Assembly (NCBI GenBank): GCA_010356995.1
Contig: ML996694.1
Location: 62,001 to 121,138, forward strand
Origin: Trichodelitschia bisporula
Taxonomy: Eukaryota
Direction: 5' to 3'
Length of the DNA: 59,138 nucleotides
Shown: positions 23,438-37,132 of the stretch, one piece after another
Layout: each line of letters starts with the position of its first letter
Position numbering within the stretch: position 1 is the stretch's first letter
The notes under the pieces: generated by a model
What the model saw: the letters and a program-made list of their open reading frames with translations, nothing else
Told to the model about the DNA's origin: nothing
The model's database searches: none
Position numbers and translations under genes: made by a program

Positions 23438-25260
23438 ATGGAGGGTGATCAGCTTCTCGAAGTCGAGGAGGAGTTCCAGAGGCCGCCCCGGAGGAGGGAT
23501 GCGACGGAACGTCCCGTGCACTTGGACTCGCCGTACCGCGACAGCGAGGATACGCCACTGCTGCGCGACGACGACTCCAGGCGCAGCTCCGTCGACGAAT
23601 CTGCCTCCGAATGGGCGGGCGATGTGGACTGGCGGCATCTGCCGTGGTGGAGGAGACCATCCGTATGTATCATGCTTCCAATTCCATCCGCCGCGACACT
23701 AATAGCCGCAGGTGTTTTGGCTCCTCGGTCCTTACATCCTCACTGCGCTCGCTTTCGGCGGCATCATTGTGCCCAAGATCAACCTCATTCTCTCGCTCAT
23801 CTGCCGCGAATACTACGCCGATAAAAGCCTCAAGGACCCGAACTTCACATTCCTACCCATCGTTTTCGGAGGCGACAACCCCCAATGCCGCACCCCAGAA
23901 GTCCAGCGCCGCGTCACGCAGTTCAGTCTCTGCGGCAGTCTAATCACAGGTATCTTATCCGCCATAATCGCCCCCAAACTAGGCGCTTTGTCCGATCGCT
24001 ACGGCCGCAAGCCGCTCATGGTCCTGACCAGCGCGGGCATGCTCTCCGGCGAGATAATCACCATCTTCGCAGCTAACTACCCCGAGACCTTCAACGTCAA
24101 GTGGATCTTCCTGGGCATGGCCATTGACGGTCTCTGCGGCTCCTTCGTCGCGTCCATGGCGCTGTCGCACTCGTATGCTACGGACTGCACGCCGCCGAAC
24201 CGGCGCAATGTGGTGTTTGGCTGGTTCCACGGGTGCATGTTCACGGGCATCGCGATTGGGCCCGCGCTCGCTGGCAAAATCATCAAGGAGACGGGGTCTA
24301 TCGTGTTCATGTTCTACATAGCCCTCGGCTGCCACGTGTTCTACATCGTGTACCTCATCCTCATCGTCCCGGAATCGCTCAGCATGCGCCTGCAACACGC
24401 CGGGCGCGCACGGCACGAGGAAGCCAAAGCCACCATGTCCGAGTCCGCGGATTGGATAACCCAAATCCGGCGCGTGAACATCTTCGCCCCGCTCAAAATC
24501 CTCTACCCGACTACGCCCGGCACAAACAAAGCCCTGCGGAGAAACCTCGTCCTCCTCGCCGCCATCGACGCCATAATCTTCGGTGTCGCCTCTGGAGCGG
24601 GCCCCATCATTATTATATACTCGAATTTCAAGTTCGCGTGGACGACGTGGGAGCAGAGTATTTTCATGACCGTCGCGAATACGTGTCGCGTCGCGTGTCT
24701 GATGCTCGTCCTCCCGGCGCTGACGTGGATCTTTCGTCGGGGGGAGAGGGGGCCTATGTCCGGGACGGACACCTTCGAGCTCGGCATCCTGCGCGTCGCG
24801 ATCGCGTTCGACGTGCTCGGGTACGCGATGTTCGCGGCCGCGGACCAGAGCGCCGTATTCATGGCCGCCGGCGCCCTGGCCTCGTTCGGCGGCATGGGCT
24901 CCCCCACACTCCAAGGCGCACTCACAAAGCACGTCCGCGCCGGCGAAATCGGCCAGTTACTCGGTGCCATGGGGCTGCTGCACAGCGTGGGCAAGATCGT
25001 AGGCCCGATTGTGTTCAATGGGATTTATATGGCGACCGTGGCGAGCTTTCCGCAGATGAGTTTTTGCATTCTGGCGGTGCTGTTTGGGGGGGCTTGGGGG
25101 CTGACGTGGGGGATTAGGCCGGGGGGTGAGTTTTGAGTGGATATTTTTGGGGGTAGGGGCTAACCTAATGGTGCTAGTTGCGATGGTGGATGAGGAGGAT
25201 AAAGTGCGGAGGCGGGAGGCGGGGACCGTGGATGGCGTGGAGGAGCAGATGGGGCTGTAG
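23438..25260 (+). CDS. MFS transporter (SLC46/TetA-like fungal group); join(23438..23662,23712..25125,25178..25260)
   Basis: LPWWRRPSVFWLL N-terminus, MFS motif A GALSDRYGRK, about 12 hydrophobic segments, GQLLGAMGLL. Introns are in frame. Confidence 0.93.
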
Positions 25261-26212
25261 ATTGTGGTGGAGGCCTAATGGCAGCCTAGCGACGGCGACG
25301 TATAAGGTGAGGATTCTAAAGCTGCCTTTCTGACTTCTGACGCGTTCTAGTTCAGCCCGTTTTTGCCTCGTTCGTATTTCGTCACTTGGGGGCTGCTTTG
25401 GCGTTGTGGTCTCGTGCGGAGAGTTATGACTCTAGGATACATCTACTGCCACTGGTTTGGGGGCCAGGTCGAGGAAATATACCGCGTGTTCTTTGCGTAT
25501 GGGCTGGATCTGGGTGTACATGGCATGCTGGCGTTTTGCGAGTCGTTATGAATGGCTGTACGGTTGGACGGGGTGGTACAGTGTGCTTTTTTTGGGCCCG
25601 GCATAGGTAGCTATGCGTCGTCATGATGTCTTAGTCCTCGCTTTCATGACCTCGTGCACTCCATATGAAGGGAGTTGCAATACAATCAAGTCTCTCTAGG
25701 AACACTGAGCTTCATCCGGCGGTTCATAGGTACACCAACTGAGAGGAGTAAAGCTCATACACAGGCGACGGCAAGTTTGTAAACTGAAGATTGGCGTTGA
25801 GGACAAGGAGAGCAAGAGACTCGAGACACTTAGGTACGCGATACCGATTATCCTCGTTTGCTTCCTTCCTTCCACTATCCGCTGATTACATCATGGCTCT
25901 GATATGTGCCTTCCTGACATGAAGCTGCTCCTTCCATGTCCACATAACCTTATTGGTAACGGACGTGGACTCGCCCTGAAGGGGATGTCATCGTCATGAG
26001 AACATGCAGATTTGGCACAGTACATCGCATTAATGAAGCCCCTAACGTACAAACATAGTCCACCCATCTGAATGGCACCTCATCTAAACACATATCCATC
26101 CGCAAGAACCATGGCTCTTCTTGATGCCGGTCGCCCGCATCAGACGCTCTCCCACCGACGAGCAGTTGAGAAAACAAACCCATACCCAAACGCCATGAAC
26201 AACAACCCCCAT

Positions 26213-28415
26213 CTACCGCCACCTCTCCCCCCCACCCCTCCCATACCCAATCCCCCTCCGATTCCCATAATCATCATTCCTCCCCCGTCCGCCTCCATAC
26301 CCACCCCGCCAACTATCCCCACCACCACCACCACCACCACCACCATACGCCCCCCTCCCCCCTCCACCCGGCCCCACCCCCCCGTCCCCTCCTCCCATCA
26401 AAATGCGTCCCACTATGCACCAACCCCTCCCCCTCAAACGTAAACCTCCTCAACTCCTCCCCAACCCTCCAATCACTCCCCCGCCACCCCTTAGCAGTAG
26501 CGTCCCTAATCTCATCCAGCCGATCCTCAGCCACATCCCGCTTGACGGGCAGGAAGTAGAGCTTCGGCTTCGCGGTCGTGGATTCGAACAGCTGGTCCAG
26601 GGTCTGGAAGCTCTTGCTCGTCTCCCGCGCCGCAGGCGGAGGGGTGGTGCGAGGCACGTGGTCCTCGCGCGGCGGACTCGCGCGGTCACGCCGCGGCCCC
26701 GTCGGCGCGCCCTCGATGCCCTCGTTCCGCACCGGCCGCGGCGGCTGGACCAGGGCACCAACCTCGCACAACATCGCTTCAACCGCGCCATTCACGCCCG
26801 GCTCATAGACAACCTCCCACTTAACCCTGCTCCCCTCCACATTTTTTTCTGCCTTTACCCAATCCTCCATCCTCTCCTCGGGCACAAAATCAACCCACAA
26901 CTCGCGGCGATCGCGCTCCATCGGCCAGACCCGTCCATGCAGACCCATGCGGACGCGGGCGGCGGCCGCGGGGGCGGTGAAGCGGACGAAGGCGTGGGTG
27001 CGGATGGGGTCGAGGTAGAAGTCTTCGATGATAGAAGCGTCGGGATCGGAGTTGGGCGGGGCGGCGAGGCGCGCGAGGTGGGTGCGTAAGGCCGGAGGTT
27101 GGAGCGGGCGCATGAAGTTGCGGATGTAGAGGGCGCGGGTGGCGGGGTGGAGAGCGGGAGGTGGTGGTTCGATGTCGTCGGTTGCCTCATCGACTGGGGC
27201 GGATGAGGCGGTGGGTTGAAAGAGGGATTTGTAGCGGACGTCCTTTGCGGGTGGGGATTTCGGCTTGTCAACTGACGTGTCGTCTTTGACCTCAACAACC
27301 TGCTCTGTATCGGCAGGAGGTGCTTGGTCTTCGGCGTTGGCAGAGGCTTGGGGTACATCATTTTCAGGCGCTTGATCCGTAGACCCAGTGGAGAGCGGTT
27401 TCTCCTCCTGTACAGCTTGAGCCGGCGCGTTTTCGGGTTCTGAGCCGTCGCTCTCCTCCATGGCGACATCCTCGGCCTCATTTGTCGCATCGTCCTGAGT
27501 CATTTCCACGTCTTGCTGTACTGGTGCTTCTTCTGTTGCTTCCGCTGCCGCATCCATTTCGAGCTGCTTCTGTCTCTTTGCGGCAACTTCCTCCGGCGAC
27601 ACGGATGGGGTGGCGCTGCGCCGCTTGCGCTTGCGGCTGTCCTCAACCATCTCCTGCGAGAGCTCAGGCGCGACCTCAACCGTGACTTGCGCATCGGCCA
27701 GTGCCGACGTCTTGGGGAGTTCTGCGCTCTCTGCCATTACCGCGGTCGACGTTGCAACTCCCTCCACAGAAGCTTCGTGGGCGATGGCCGTGGGAAGGCT
27801 GACGCTTGGTTCCTGGGAGGCTACATCGGCGTCCGGCACACTGACTGCGGCTCCATCCGGCACGGTGATTGTCGCTCCATCTGGAACAGTGATTGTTGCT
27901 CCAGCCGGAACAGTGATCGTAGCTCCATCCGGCGCAGCGACTGTCGCTTCATCCGGCTCAGTCTCCGCAGTCACAGGCGCAACCTCAACCTGCGCTGTCT
28001 CAATTGTAGGCTGCGCCGGGGGTTCGGACGCGTCAGTCGCGCCCGAAGTACCAGCAGTTGTCTCGTTCTGCGCCTGGTCAACCACGGGCGTATTAGCGGC
28101 AATGGTCACGCTGGACGCGGCAGAGAAGCCCTGGCTCACAGGCGATATCTGCTCTGGATCGCCGGGCAGGATAGAATCGTGGTGCTTTGGCACAGGAGTC
28201 GCGGTGCGCGATTCTTCATCAGCGCCCGAAATCTGCGCGACGGCCGCATCGGTGATTGCCGGGGGACCCTGAGCGGACGTCGCTTCTGTATCGTCAGCTT
28301 CGCGCAGCTTCTCGATGATCTGGGCCTTGCGAGTGAGACCGGTGGATGGAATGTTGCGGTCTTTGAGCAAGCCTCGCAGGTCCTTGACGGTGAGCTTGTC
28401 GTAATCGGCGGCCAT
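26213..28415 (-). CDS. SAP-domain, Acinus-like RRM protein with RGG tail; apparent frameshift near 26370-26390
   Basis: N-terminal SAP (YDKLTVKDLRGLLKDRNIPSTGLTRKAQIIEKL), RRM (HPATRALYIRNFMRPL, DPIRTHAFV, LHGRVWP), RSB-like LDQLFESTTAKPKLYFLPV. The RGG tail continues in the shifted frame ending at 26213. Confidence 0.88.
27830..27935 (-). repeat. In-frame 24-bp coding tandem repeat (P[D/A]GATITV x ~4)
   Basis: Translation APDGATITVPAGATITVPDGATITVPDGAAVSVPDA. Confidence 0.85.
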
Positions 28416-29568
28416 GGCGCGTGTGTGGACGATGGATTCAGGTTAGGGATAGTAGCATTCGCGATGGGGATGCGTGAAGTTGCAAAGGAATGTGGTGTTT
28501 GGAGTTGGGGATGTGGAGTGAGAAAGAAGAAGGCGAGCCGAGCGCGCCGCGCGAGGAAGTGACGTTGCGACGCTCTGTTTGCTGCTTGGCGTGGAAGATG
28601 CAAAGCTCATTGTGGCTGAAGGTTACTGGGGCGGTGCATCGGTATGTGCGCTGTGGCGCTTTGACATCAAAATCGCAAGGCCAACATTTGTTTGCCTCAG
28701 GCTTTAAAGCTGCTTATGCCAAGAGCTCAACCCACATGCAACAAGAAGACAGGCCCAAAACACACGACGTCTTGAATGGCCTTTGTTCATGAAGTTACGG
28801 GTAAGACTTATGGGATGTCTTGCTCTATAGCCGTTGGATCATCTGAGTACATCCGTACTCCGCACTCACCACTTTCCCCTTTGTGCGGCGCATTGCAGCA
28901 CTCCCGCTCAAGATATCTTCCCATATGGTATCGTGGGTACACGGGATGGGAGGGGTACAGGTTGACTTGCAGCAGAACCTGGGTATCCGAACATGCGATA
29001 AGCGTGCATTAGATTCACTGAGCCTGGAGTAGCCAGGCGAAGGTAAGTCGATGTGGCTCATGGCGATGAAAAAGGTCCTTGTAAGAAGAGGTCAAAGAAG
29101 ATCATGGGGTTTAATTCACGGGCATGAAGCCACAAAGTCGTGGGTAAGATGTTTGCGGCCTACGATATCCAGAAAAAAGCAGTAGGTATCAAAGATGGAT
29201 GGATACTCAGAAGATCTGGCCTGCGATCGGCCAAAATCGTGCTCGAGATCGTGGCGTCTCATGGCGCCTGTGGCGGATCTCAACATGGCTGAGTCAGCAA
29301 CGCGTCTCAAACGGATCCCCCCCCAGTTGCCGCGCCCTGCGCCCCCCTACCCGCCTGCCACTGGGACAAGTGGCACGAGCTCAAACCACTCACAACGTCT
29401 TGTCCCGACTTCCGACAGCCTCAACTCCACTTCATCCCTCTCCACACCCATCCTTTTCCCTCTCTGCTAACCCCATCTCGGCGCCTCCGGTCCCTCTCCC
29501 CAATTAACCCCGTGTTCCCTTCCCCGCATCACCCCCCCACACCACCCGCCTCTCGGTTCCGGCCCGAG

Positions 29569-31203
29569 ATGGTCGCTACACGACCGCCCCTGCCGCCGGG
29601 TGCCCGGAATCAGGTCCGCATCCGCGGCAAGAAACCCGACATGATGTTGCAGTGCGCCTCACTCGAGGAACTCACAGGACTACTGCGGAACCGATTGGCG
29701 CAAGCTACCGAGTGCGGCGATTGGCCGGAGACCGTGCATGTTCAATTCAAAGTCAGCCTGGACGCGATCCTCGGCGAAATAGCCGAAGTACATGGATACC
29801 TCCGCGACCTGTTCCAGGACTTCGTGGATGAGGCTGAACGCCTCGGGGATGCCCACAAGGAGCAGGACCGTAAACCACCGGACGGTCCGCTGCACATTGA
29901 AGTCGCGCAGTTGTATGACAAGGACCTCAAGCTTCGACGTCAGCGTGCCATCGCGCGGGTCATCGTCGATACCTTCCAGGGAGTAGATGGGTTCCGGTAT
30001 TTCGAAAAAGAGGCCTGGAACACCAAACACTTTGATGGCTATCGGTTCAAATTCCACTGTCATGAGTCGCCGTTTGGTAGGGAGCGTGCGCTCAAGGCCT
30101 GTGCTTCTACCTCCAACAGTCTGCCAAGCGCTGAACAAACAGACACCGAAGGTATGCTTTCCTTCATACCACACAGCTTCGCTTAACTTCTTCGCTCGCT
30201 TAGATCAATCTGTTATCGATTGCAAAGGAGCTATATATGTCAAATTTTCTATATCTCAACACATCGTCGACGTAGTGTACCAACACTTTCCACTTCACGG
30301 AGAGCTTCCACTCGTCGCCGCCCTGAACAAGGCTTCGTTGCAAGCCGAAACAAGGCCTCAAGTGTAAGTCCAGCATGCTACTTAATGCTTCCCAGGTTGC
30401 AGCAATTGACTAGACCGTGTGCACGATTTCCTTAACCTCGTTTGCAAGTAGCCGTTAGCAATCTTTCATCGCCTCTAATCTCTCGATGTACCTTACTAGT
30501 GCGAACCGAGCAGACCGTGAGCTGCAGTGACTGGTCTAGTCAATTGCTGCACTGGTGATTCCTTCCAAGTCTAACGCACCCCAGTGAAGTCCCAGACCCG
30601 ATTGTTTCTTACCAAACGCCGCCAGCCATCTACACGGCGCGCGCTGTGGAGAACGATAAAAAGGAGCTGAAGCGCAAGCGCCCGGCGAAGGGTCTCGGCT
30701 CGTCGGACGACACCCCGCCCCCAATCCGCGACGACGACGACGACGACGATCTGGGCGACGCGTTCTGCCTGGCTCTCGTCTCCCCGACCTGGCAGCCCGA
30801 CCCCGGCGACGGCGATTTCTACCGGCAAAGCGTCGTAACGCGGAAGCCGCTTCTCGCCCGCCCTACCAAGAAGACAATGTCCAGGAGCGGTATCTCCAGC
30901 ACGCCCCGGTCGGATTCTGATGGCGAATCGGCCAGTGGCTCGGCATATGATACCAAGAAGGACCGCAATAGGACGGCACTGAAAGCCCGATCCCTCGCCA
31001 CGCCGGTTCTGACAACTGCAAAGGCGACGCAACATTCCCATAGGAAGCGCACGAAGACCGGGTGCTTCACCTGTCGCGCACGGAAGTTGAAATGCGACGA
31101 AGTGAAGCCGACGTGCACCCTCTGCGCGCGGAGCCGGGAGCCCCGGGATTGCGCCTACCCCGACGACGCCGAGGGGACGCCCGGCCCTCCGGTCAAACGC
31201 TAG
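29569..31203 (+). CDS. Protein with C-terminal Zn(II)2Cys6 binuclear cluster (fungal TF-like); join(29569..30151,30204..30363,30585..31203)
   Basis: RTKTGCFTCRARKLKCDEVKPTCTLCARSREPRDCAY; upstream exons contain YRFKFHC and DCKGAIYVKFS...YQHFPLH. Exons total 1362 nt in frame; a middle mini-exon cannot be excluded. Confidence 0.8.
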
Positions 31204-32670
31204 GGCGACATATCTGAGAAGGATTGGACACGATGGTAGGCCGGGCACGGGACAGGATCAATAGGAGTAAACGACTTGAACGAAACAACGACTTTCCTTG
31301 ACCTCATATACGGAAGAACACGGGACGACTTGACATATATACCAAAAAGTGCGATTAGAGCGGCTCTTCCACTCCGAGAGACATGATTTTCGTTAAACGG
31401 TTTTGGGCTATGGACGGACTTGCGGCGGCGGATATTTGACGAACTCGTGATACCTCTGGATCTTTCTCCACCGCGGGCGGGACGCTTGGATGATGACTCT
31501 GAAATGCGTTTGTTTTTGATGACGCGCATCGCAGTTTGCATGCGTGGTGTTGGCGGATGTTTGTTTTACCTTTACTGCGCTTGCGTTCGCGCCTGATTCC
31601 ACTCTGCGTTTACGTTCTATTGTTGTCTCTTTACCTTGCGCGCTACTTGGTATTTTCCTAGCGATTCTTGGGTGGCTGTATGCTTGATTCACGCTCTGTA
31701 CTGGCAAAAATGCGGAAATTGTCTGAGTATCGGTTCATGCTGCGTTCTTGCGTGCCCTTTGTCTTCCTTATCGAAGTAGGATATCATGTTTGGCTGGTGG
31801 GCTGGCTACAATGATAGTATATTGTGGCAGGCTGGATGTGTCTCGAACGAATTCATGGCTAGTTTTGATGGGAACCCGTGGCGAGACGGCCTATTCCACC
31901 CTGATTAAGTGATAATGCGGAAAGGTGAATAGACCAAGGCATAGCCGTTCCCGGGACTGAGGAAGATCCGTCCGAGCCCAGGCCTATCCAGAAGTTAGGA
32001 ACAGGTATGGCAGATGTGGTCATGAAAGGAGCATTGATATGTCGGGAGGCGCATACGGAGGTACTAAGGGTCATAATGTAATGAGCCATGATAGAAAGAA
32101 GGAGCAAAAAGGAGGACACTCGACATCCTGTATTTAAGTCTCGACAGTCTCCTCCTCTCCTCCTCTCCTCCTCTCCTCGTCTTCCACTTCAATCCTCAGT
32201 TCACACAGATGTTCTGCCTGTGCACGAGCCTTGCTCCCATTATCGGCCCCTGAAGCTGTCCTTCGGCTTTCGCTGGCTTCGTGCCTTCGGAGTTCTTCAG
32301 ACGTCATCATTCTTTGACTACATCGGCACGCGTTCAGACTTCAAGCCGGAGCAATATGGAAGTGGGCGGCTAAGGCCAGGGGTTTCCCATTCACGGCCCT
32401 CGCTGACGTCGGTGACGTGGTTCCACCACGAACTCAACGGTTATGCGTACCCATGGAGTGGAGACATCTCCGCTGCCGGATGATATCACGTACGACCTCA
32501 AACCCCTCCACCGCATATGTCCCCGACATGTGTTCGCCACGGCATCCACCTCTGCCGCTCCCGCCTGGTATCGTACAAACCGCACATCGAATATACAGAT
32601 CAGCCCGCCACGCCCGAGCCATACCTCCAATGCCCTCCCGCCGCGATCTTCCTCAACCACCGCCGATCAC

Positions 32671-33214
32671 TCAAGGCACCTTCGTGCGTAACTGTATTCC
32701 ATGCCACTCCTTAATATCGCTTTTCAGGATATCATTCACAAGCCGGTGCTGCTTGATAACGGGTAATCCACGGAAGGCCTCTGCGGTGATGGCGACGGCG
32801 TACATGCTCCCGCAGCCGCCGCTTATGTCTTGGACCTGGCGCACCATCCCATTAGCACCGTCTTCCCCCAGGCAAGCCCACAAGCCAGGAATAGGCCCCA
32901 AGCGCACTACCCACCTCCAACGCAACCGGATCCAGCGCCTCCCTGAGCCGCAGAAATATCCCCCTCTCCTTATCGTCCAGATAGTCAGGGGGTTCAGGCG
33001 CCTGCACAGCGGCCGCCGCCTGGATTCGCTTCCCCGCGTTGAAGCGTCGTGTCTGAGTGCGGGGAGGGTTGCACAGGGCGGGGAAAGCTGCGGGTCGGGG
33101 TGCGGATGCGGATGCGACGAGGCATTGCGGGGTTGTGGTTCGGTGAGGGCGGGTGTAGAAGGGGGCCCGGCGGCAAGTAGTGAGGAAGCGGGTGGGGGCT
33201 CTAGAAGGGGCCAT
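32671..33214 (-). CDS. bol3: Mitochondrial BolA-family protein, Bol3/Aim1 type; complement(join(32671..32835,32915..33214))
   Basis: LEV|QDISGGCGSMYAVAI...FRGLPVIKQHRLVN...WHGIQLRT; Arg/Ser/Thr-rich presequence; 465 nt in frame. Confidence 0.9.
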
Positions 33215-35833
33215 TTTGGAGGTGATGGGGGAGAGATGATGGTGTAGTTCAGAATTCTCGATGCAGAGGTCGTCGTCATACGGGTAAGCGGTTTGAGGGT
33301 CCGTGCACGGCGAGTGCTGCCGCGACTACGCCGTTAGGGCACGTGATATCGAGTCATCTCTTCAACGTTGACGTCGATTCGAGTTCACTTTGTTTCTTGA
33401 TACTTCATCTCTTCGCAGATGAGCGTTCCTAGGCCGCAAGAACGGATGGCATATCCGCCATGACGTAGAGTAGTGAGCATCCACGCGCCCTCTCCGTCCC
33501 CTCACCACTTCCTAACAACGCCAGAACCACTCCCCGATGCGCGGTCAAGCGCGTCGGATAACACTCCACCAAAAACACCCTCAAGCTTCCAGTCCAGGTC
33601 TTAAACCAAAATCCCAACCGATTTTGCATAAAGTGCTGGATTTCGCAACCCCACGTTGCCCGGACTCAACCCCGGCCATGCCTTCCCCGCATCCAGCAGC
33701 TTGCTGCAGCCACCTGCAGACATTAGATGAATAGCATTCATCGCCCCGCGCGCAGGACGCGCATCCCTTCCCTCTTAGGCCGCCATCGTTCGACACATTG
33801 CATACCGCTGGCATCTCCGCAGGGCCTGACACGGTTACCTGCACGTTCCCCTCCCAGCCCGGGGACTTGCCTTGTGTAAGGAGGTTCACATGCCACAACA
33901 GGAATTCTAGGGATTGCGCAACAATGAGGGTTTCTGGAAGTGCGGAGTTTCGCCACTTGCTTCACCCCCCGTTCTGCCCCCGCCCTGCCATATGAGCTCA
34001 TTTACACGCTCGCCGGGCTGGGGTAATATGCGATGCTGGGGGGGTGGAGGTTGCACAGCGTGTTGCTCCCTCGTCCTTCGTATAATTGCCTGCGAGGGCC
34101 CTGGCGAGAGGAGTTTGATGCTGGGCGAGCGGCGGGCCCCTGCTTAAGCGCTGGCGAGATGGAAGGGGTTATTCAGGATGTATGGCCCCCATGGGCACAA
34201 TGAGCACGGTCGAAGTTCTCAGACTCCCCTGTTGCATGTTGCTGGGGGAGGAGATACTTCCTTAACTGTTCGTCAGGGGAGGGGGGAGATACAAGTACTT
34301 GGGTACTTATGGGCCAAGTACCCATTCATTTCGCTGGAGATGTGAGAGGCGGTATAAAACTCAGCGCTGGAGGGTCTTCATTCGGTCTCCACTGGATCGT
34401 GTAAGTGCCTCACACTTTGGATATGACGTATCTGCTTTCTCAAAGGTTCTTACTGTGAGCCTGGAACTCGCTGCTGGATACCATTGCCACTAATTTCACA
34501 GGCAATGAACGTCTAAGCATTCTAGAATACTCCACATGGAACCATACGACGTACTCCACGCGCGGATATTCGTTAGCATCACCATACGTCCAAGAATTTC
34601 GATATTCGGCCCTCGACCTCCCTCGCAACCACGCGCAGAATCAAACCCGCCTACTGGACACTCACTCAAGCGCGGCTTGCCCATCTCAACCCGTCCTCGC
34701 TTCATCTGCCCCGTCCCTCCATCCACAACACACGTTTCCCCAGCTATCCCCAGCCCAGACAAGCCCCGCTCCACGAAGCCCGTGGTACCAGAAGCTCACT
34801 CCCGTTGCGCAACCCCAACTCCCTCACGCTTGCCACGAGGAGGGCCCAACCGTTTACTCCACCATTCGCGATCCGCAGTCTTCAGACGTACAGGAAGCGT
34901 TTGTCCAACTCCGATCGACGGAACGCTTACTCTAACGTGGTATGGCAATCACTAGATCAAAGAACACGCTGACGGTTAGCACTCCCTTCGTGCCTCATCT
35001 GCGTGGTACGTTGCGTGGAAAATTCGAGATAGGTGGCGTAGACTGTGCGGTCGGTGGTGGTAGTGTCGATTCTCACTCCTTGTGGGAAGCTGCATGGTCG
35101 GTGTCGGCTAGACCTTTCTATCTCGGTGGGAAATTCCCTATCACGCACTTCTCACAGCAGAACTTCACGTCTAAACGTCGGGCCGGAACATGCTTCGCAA
35201 GCAGAGAATATACTCGCCAAGTACCGTCGCTGCTTTGCATCATCCCATCCCATACCAAGCTCGAGTACCGTACGTAACAATCAAATCTCCATTCCCTTCC
35301 CCAGCCCTCTCACTCCATACCAACCCTCTCAACCCCCTCACCCATCCACAGCATCAAAAAATTCGCCCCGCATACGCCACGCACCTCAACAATGTCAATC
35401 CCCTCCCCGCCAGATTAATGATAAACCTCCGCACGGTATTTCCCGCACCGTCGCCCATAACGCTGCCGATCGGCACGCCTCGTTCCCCAGACACCACGCC
35501 GGACCCCGTCCCGCATCGCGCCTACCGTAGAAGGACCACACCCTCACCTCCACCTCCACCTCCACCCCCGTCTAACCCCAAGCCCCCGCCACATATTGCA
35601 AATTCCTAGCCACATCGCTAAAAATCGTTTGCTACGAATCCGTAGTCAAGTCTCATGAAGGAATAGACGAGTGAATTAATGAATGAATCTCGATATCCAC
35701 GAGAACATGTCAAGTCTGACGTGGCCCCACATCCCAAAAAAAAGCATTCACCCGGACTTTCGACCTCACGCCCCCCCGAGTCGCCTTCTCACACCTTCAA
35801 CCTCCCTCCCTCCACGCAACATCCCCCCTCGCC

Positions 35834-36373
35834 ATGGACACCAACTCCAACGCCGAAGATACGGACAACAGCCTCCCCGACCTCCTCCCAGCATCCCCCC
35901 CCCGGCCACACTCACCACCTCCAACGCGGAAGAGACGACCACCACCCTCCCCGTCATCCCCCCCGCCACAGACACCAACTCCGACAACGACGAAGAGATG
36001 GACTCCGACTCCAACACCGACTCCGACTCCGACTCCGGCCTATTCCCCATCTTCCCCCCCCCGAGGATACGGGTACTACTACTCCGGGCGAAACATCCAC
36101 ACCGAAGACGTAGAAGAACACCCCTACGACGGCATCATGGTCTGGTGGAAAGACCGGCAGCTCCTCGTCTACGCCGAAAAGCCAGTCTGGCCGGTGGAGA
36201 CCCACGTCAACACCTGCAAAGGGTGCGGGTGGTTCTATCTACACTGCCCCAAGCACGACGACATCCCGCTCACGCGCCGGCCGTGCCACCACAAGCGCGT
36301 CATTTTCGTCGCCGGGTCGTGTATTTCCGAAGACGATACTAATGCTATAGTGGGGAATTGGGTTGCGATGGGC

Positions 36374-36430
<57 letters not shown>

Positions 36431-37132
36431 GGCCGCTGCTGCCGTCGTATTGGGGGCCGAGTCAGGGGCAGAAGGATCATTTTTCGAAGGGGTATAACCC
36501 AAGGAAGAAAAAGAAGTCTCAAGTGGTTGATGAAGACGATGATGAAGAGGGGGACGAAGAGGACGAGGACGAGGAACCTGAGGATGATACCCTTGCCAAA
36601 GGCGTACCGTCGAAGCAGCGCGCGGTTCTGCTGGCCGTGCTTTACGGGCTGAATATCCAGATCCTGACGGAGGCGTTTGAGTTCGAGGAGGATGGGGAAA
36701 AGCTGAAGTCTGCGATGTGGATCGTGGCGACGGATTCGGAGTACGTCATGCGCGGGCTGACGGAGTGGCTGCCTAAGTGGAGGGTAAGGGCGTTTCGTGG
36801 TTTAAAACTATCTTGACTGACGAAATTAGTCCAAAAAAAATGATCAAGTGGGAAACCACGCCAGAAACCTTCAAGGGTGCGGATGGTAACCTCATTGAGA
36901 ACGGAAACGTGTTCCTCAAGATTGAGCGGTTGCTCGATGACTACGAGCACAGGGGAAAGCAGGTTAGTCTTTCACTATCCCGGGATTCAAGAGTCTGGAG
37001 CTAATACATGTAGATCGGTTTCTGGCAGATATCTCCAGCGAAAATACCCTTGCCAATAAGCTAGCGAGGAAAGGCGAATTCGAGGGGTCGTTCGAGGGCC
37101 CCCCGCCACCAGACATGTGCGTCCCTCAGTGA
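35834..37132 (+). pseudogene. RNase H1-fold gene with substituted catalytic residues and several frameshifts (pseudogene or assembly errors)
   Basis: Motifs in RNase HI order: IFVAGSC, SKQRAVLLAV, IVATDSEYVMRGLTEWLPKWR, IENGNVF, IGFWQI..ENTLANKLA. Introns 36784-36829 and 36963-37013. Frame changes at C-runs, the 54-G run, A8 at 36833 and near 37033. Confidence 0.7.
36376..36429 (+). repeat. 54-nt poly-G run
   Basis: Counted directly. Confidence 0.95.

Noticed and set aside
27513..28562. Long antisense ORFs (also 10042..11025, 23979..24932, 6259..7092, 32417..33247)
   Set aside because: Shadow ORFs opposite GC-rich real genes.
36376..36429. Poly-Gly/poly-Pro ORFs or a phase-variation tract from the 54-G run
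   Set aside because: A pure G run of this length is a common sequencing or assembly artefact, and the frame breaks across it. It cannot be interpreted without reads.
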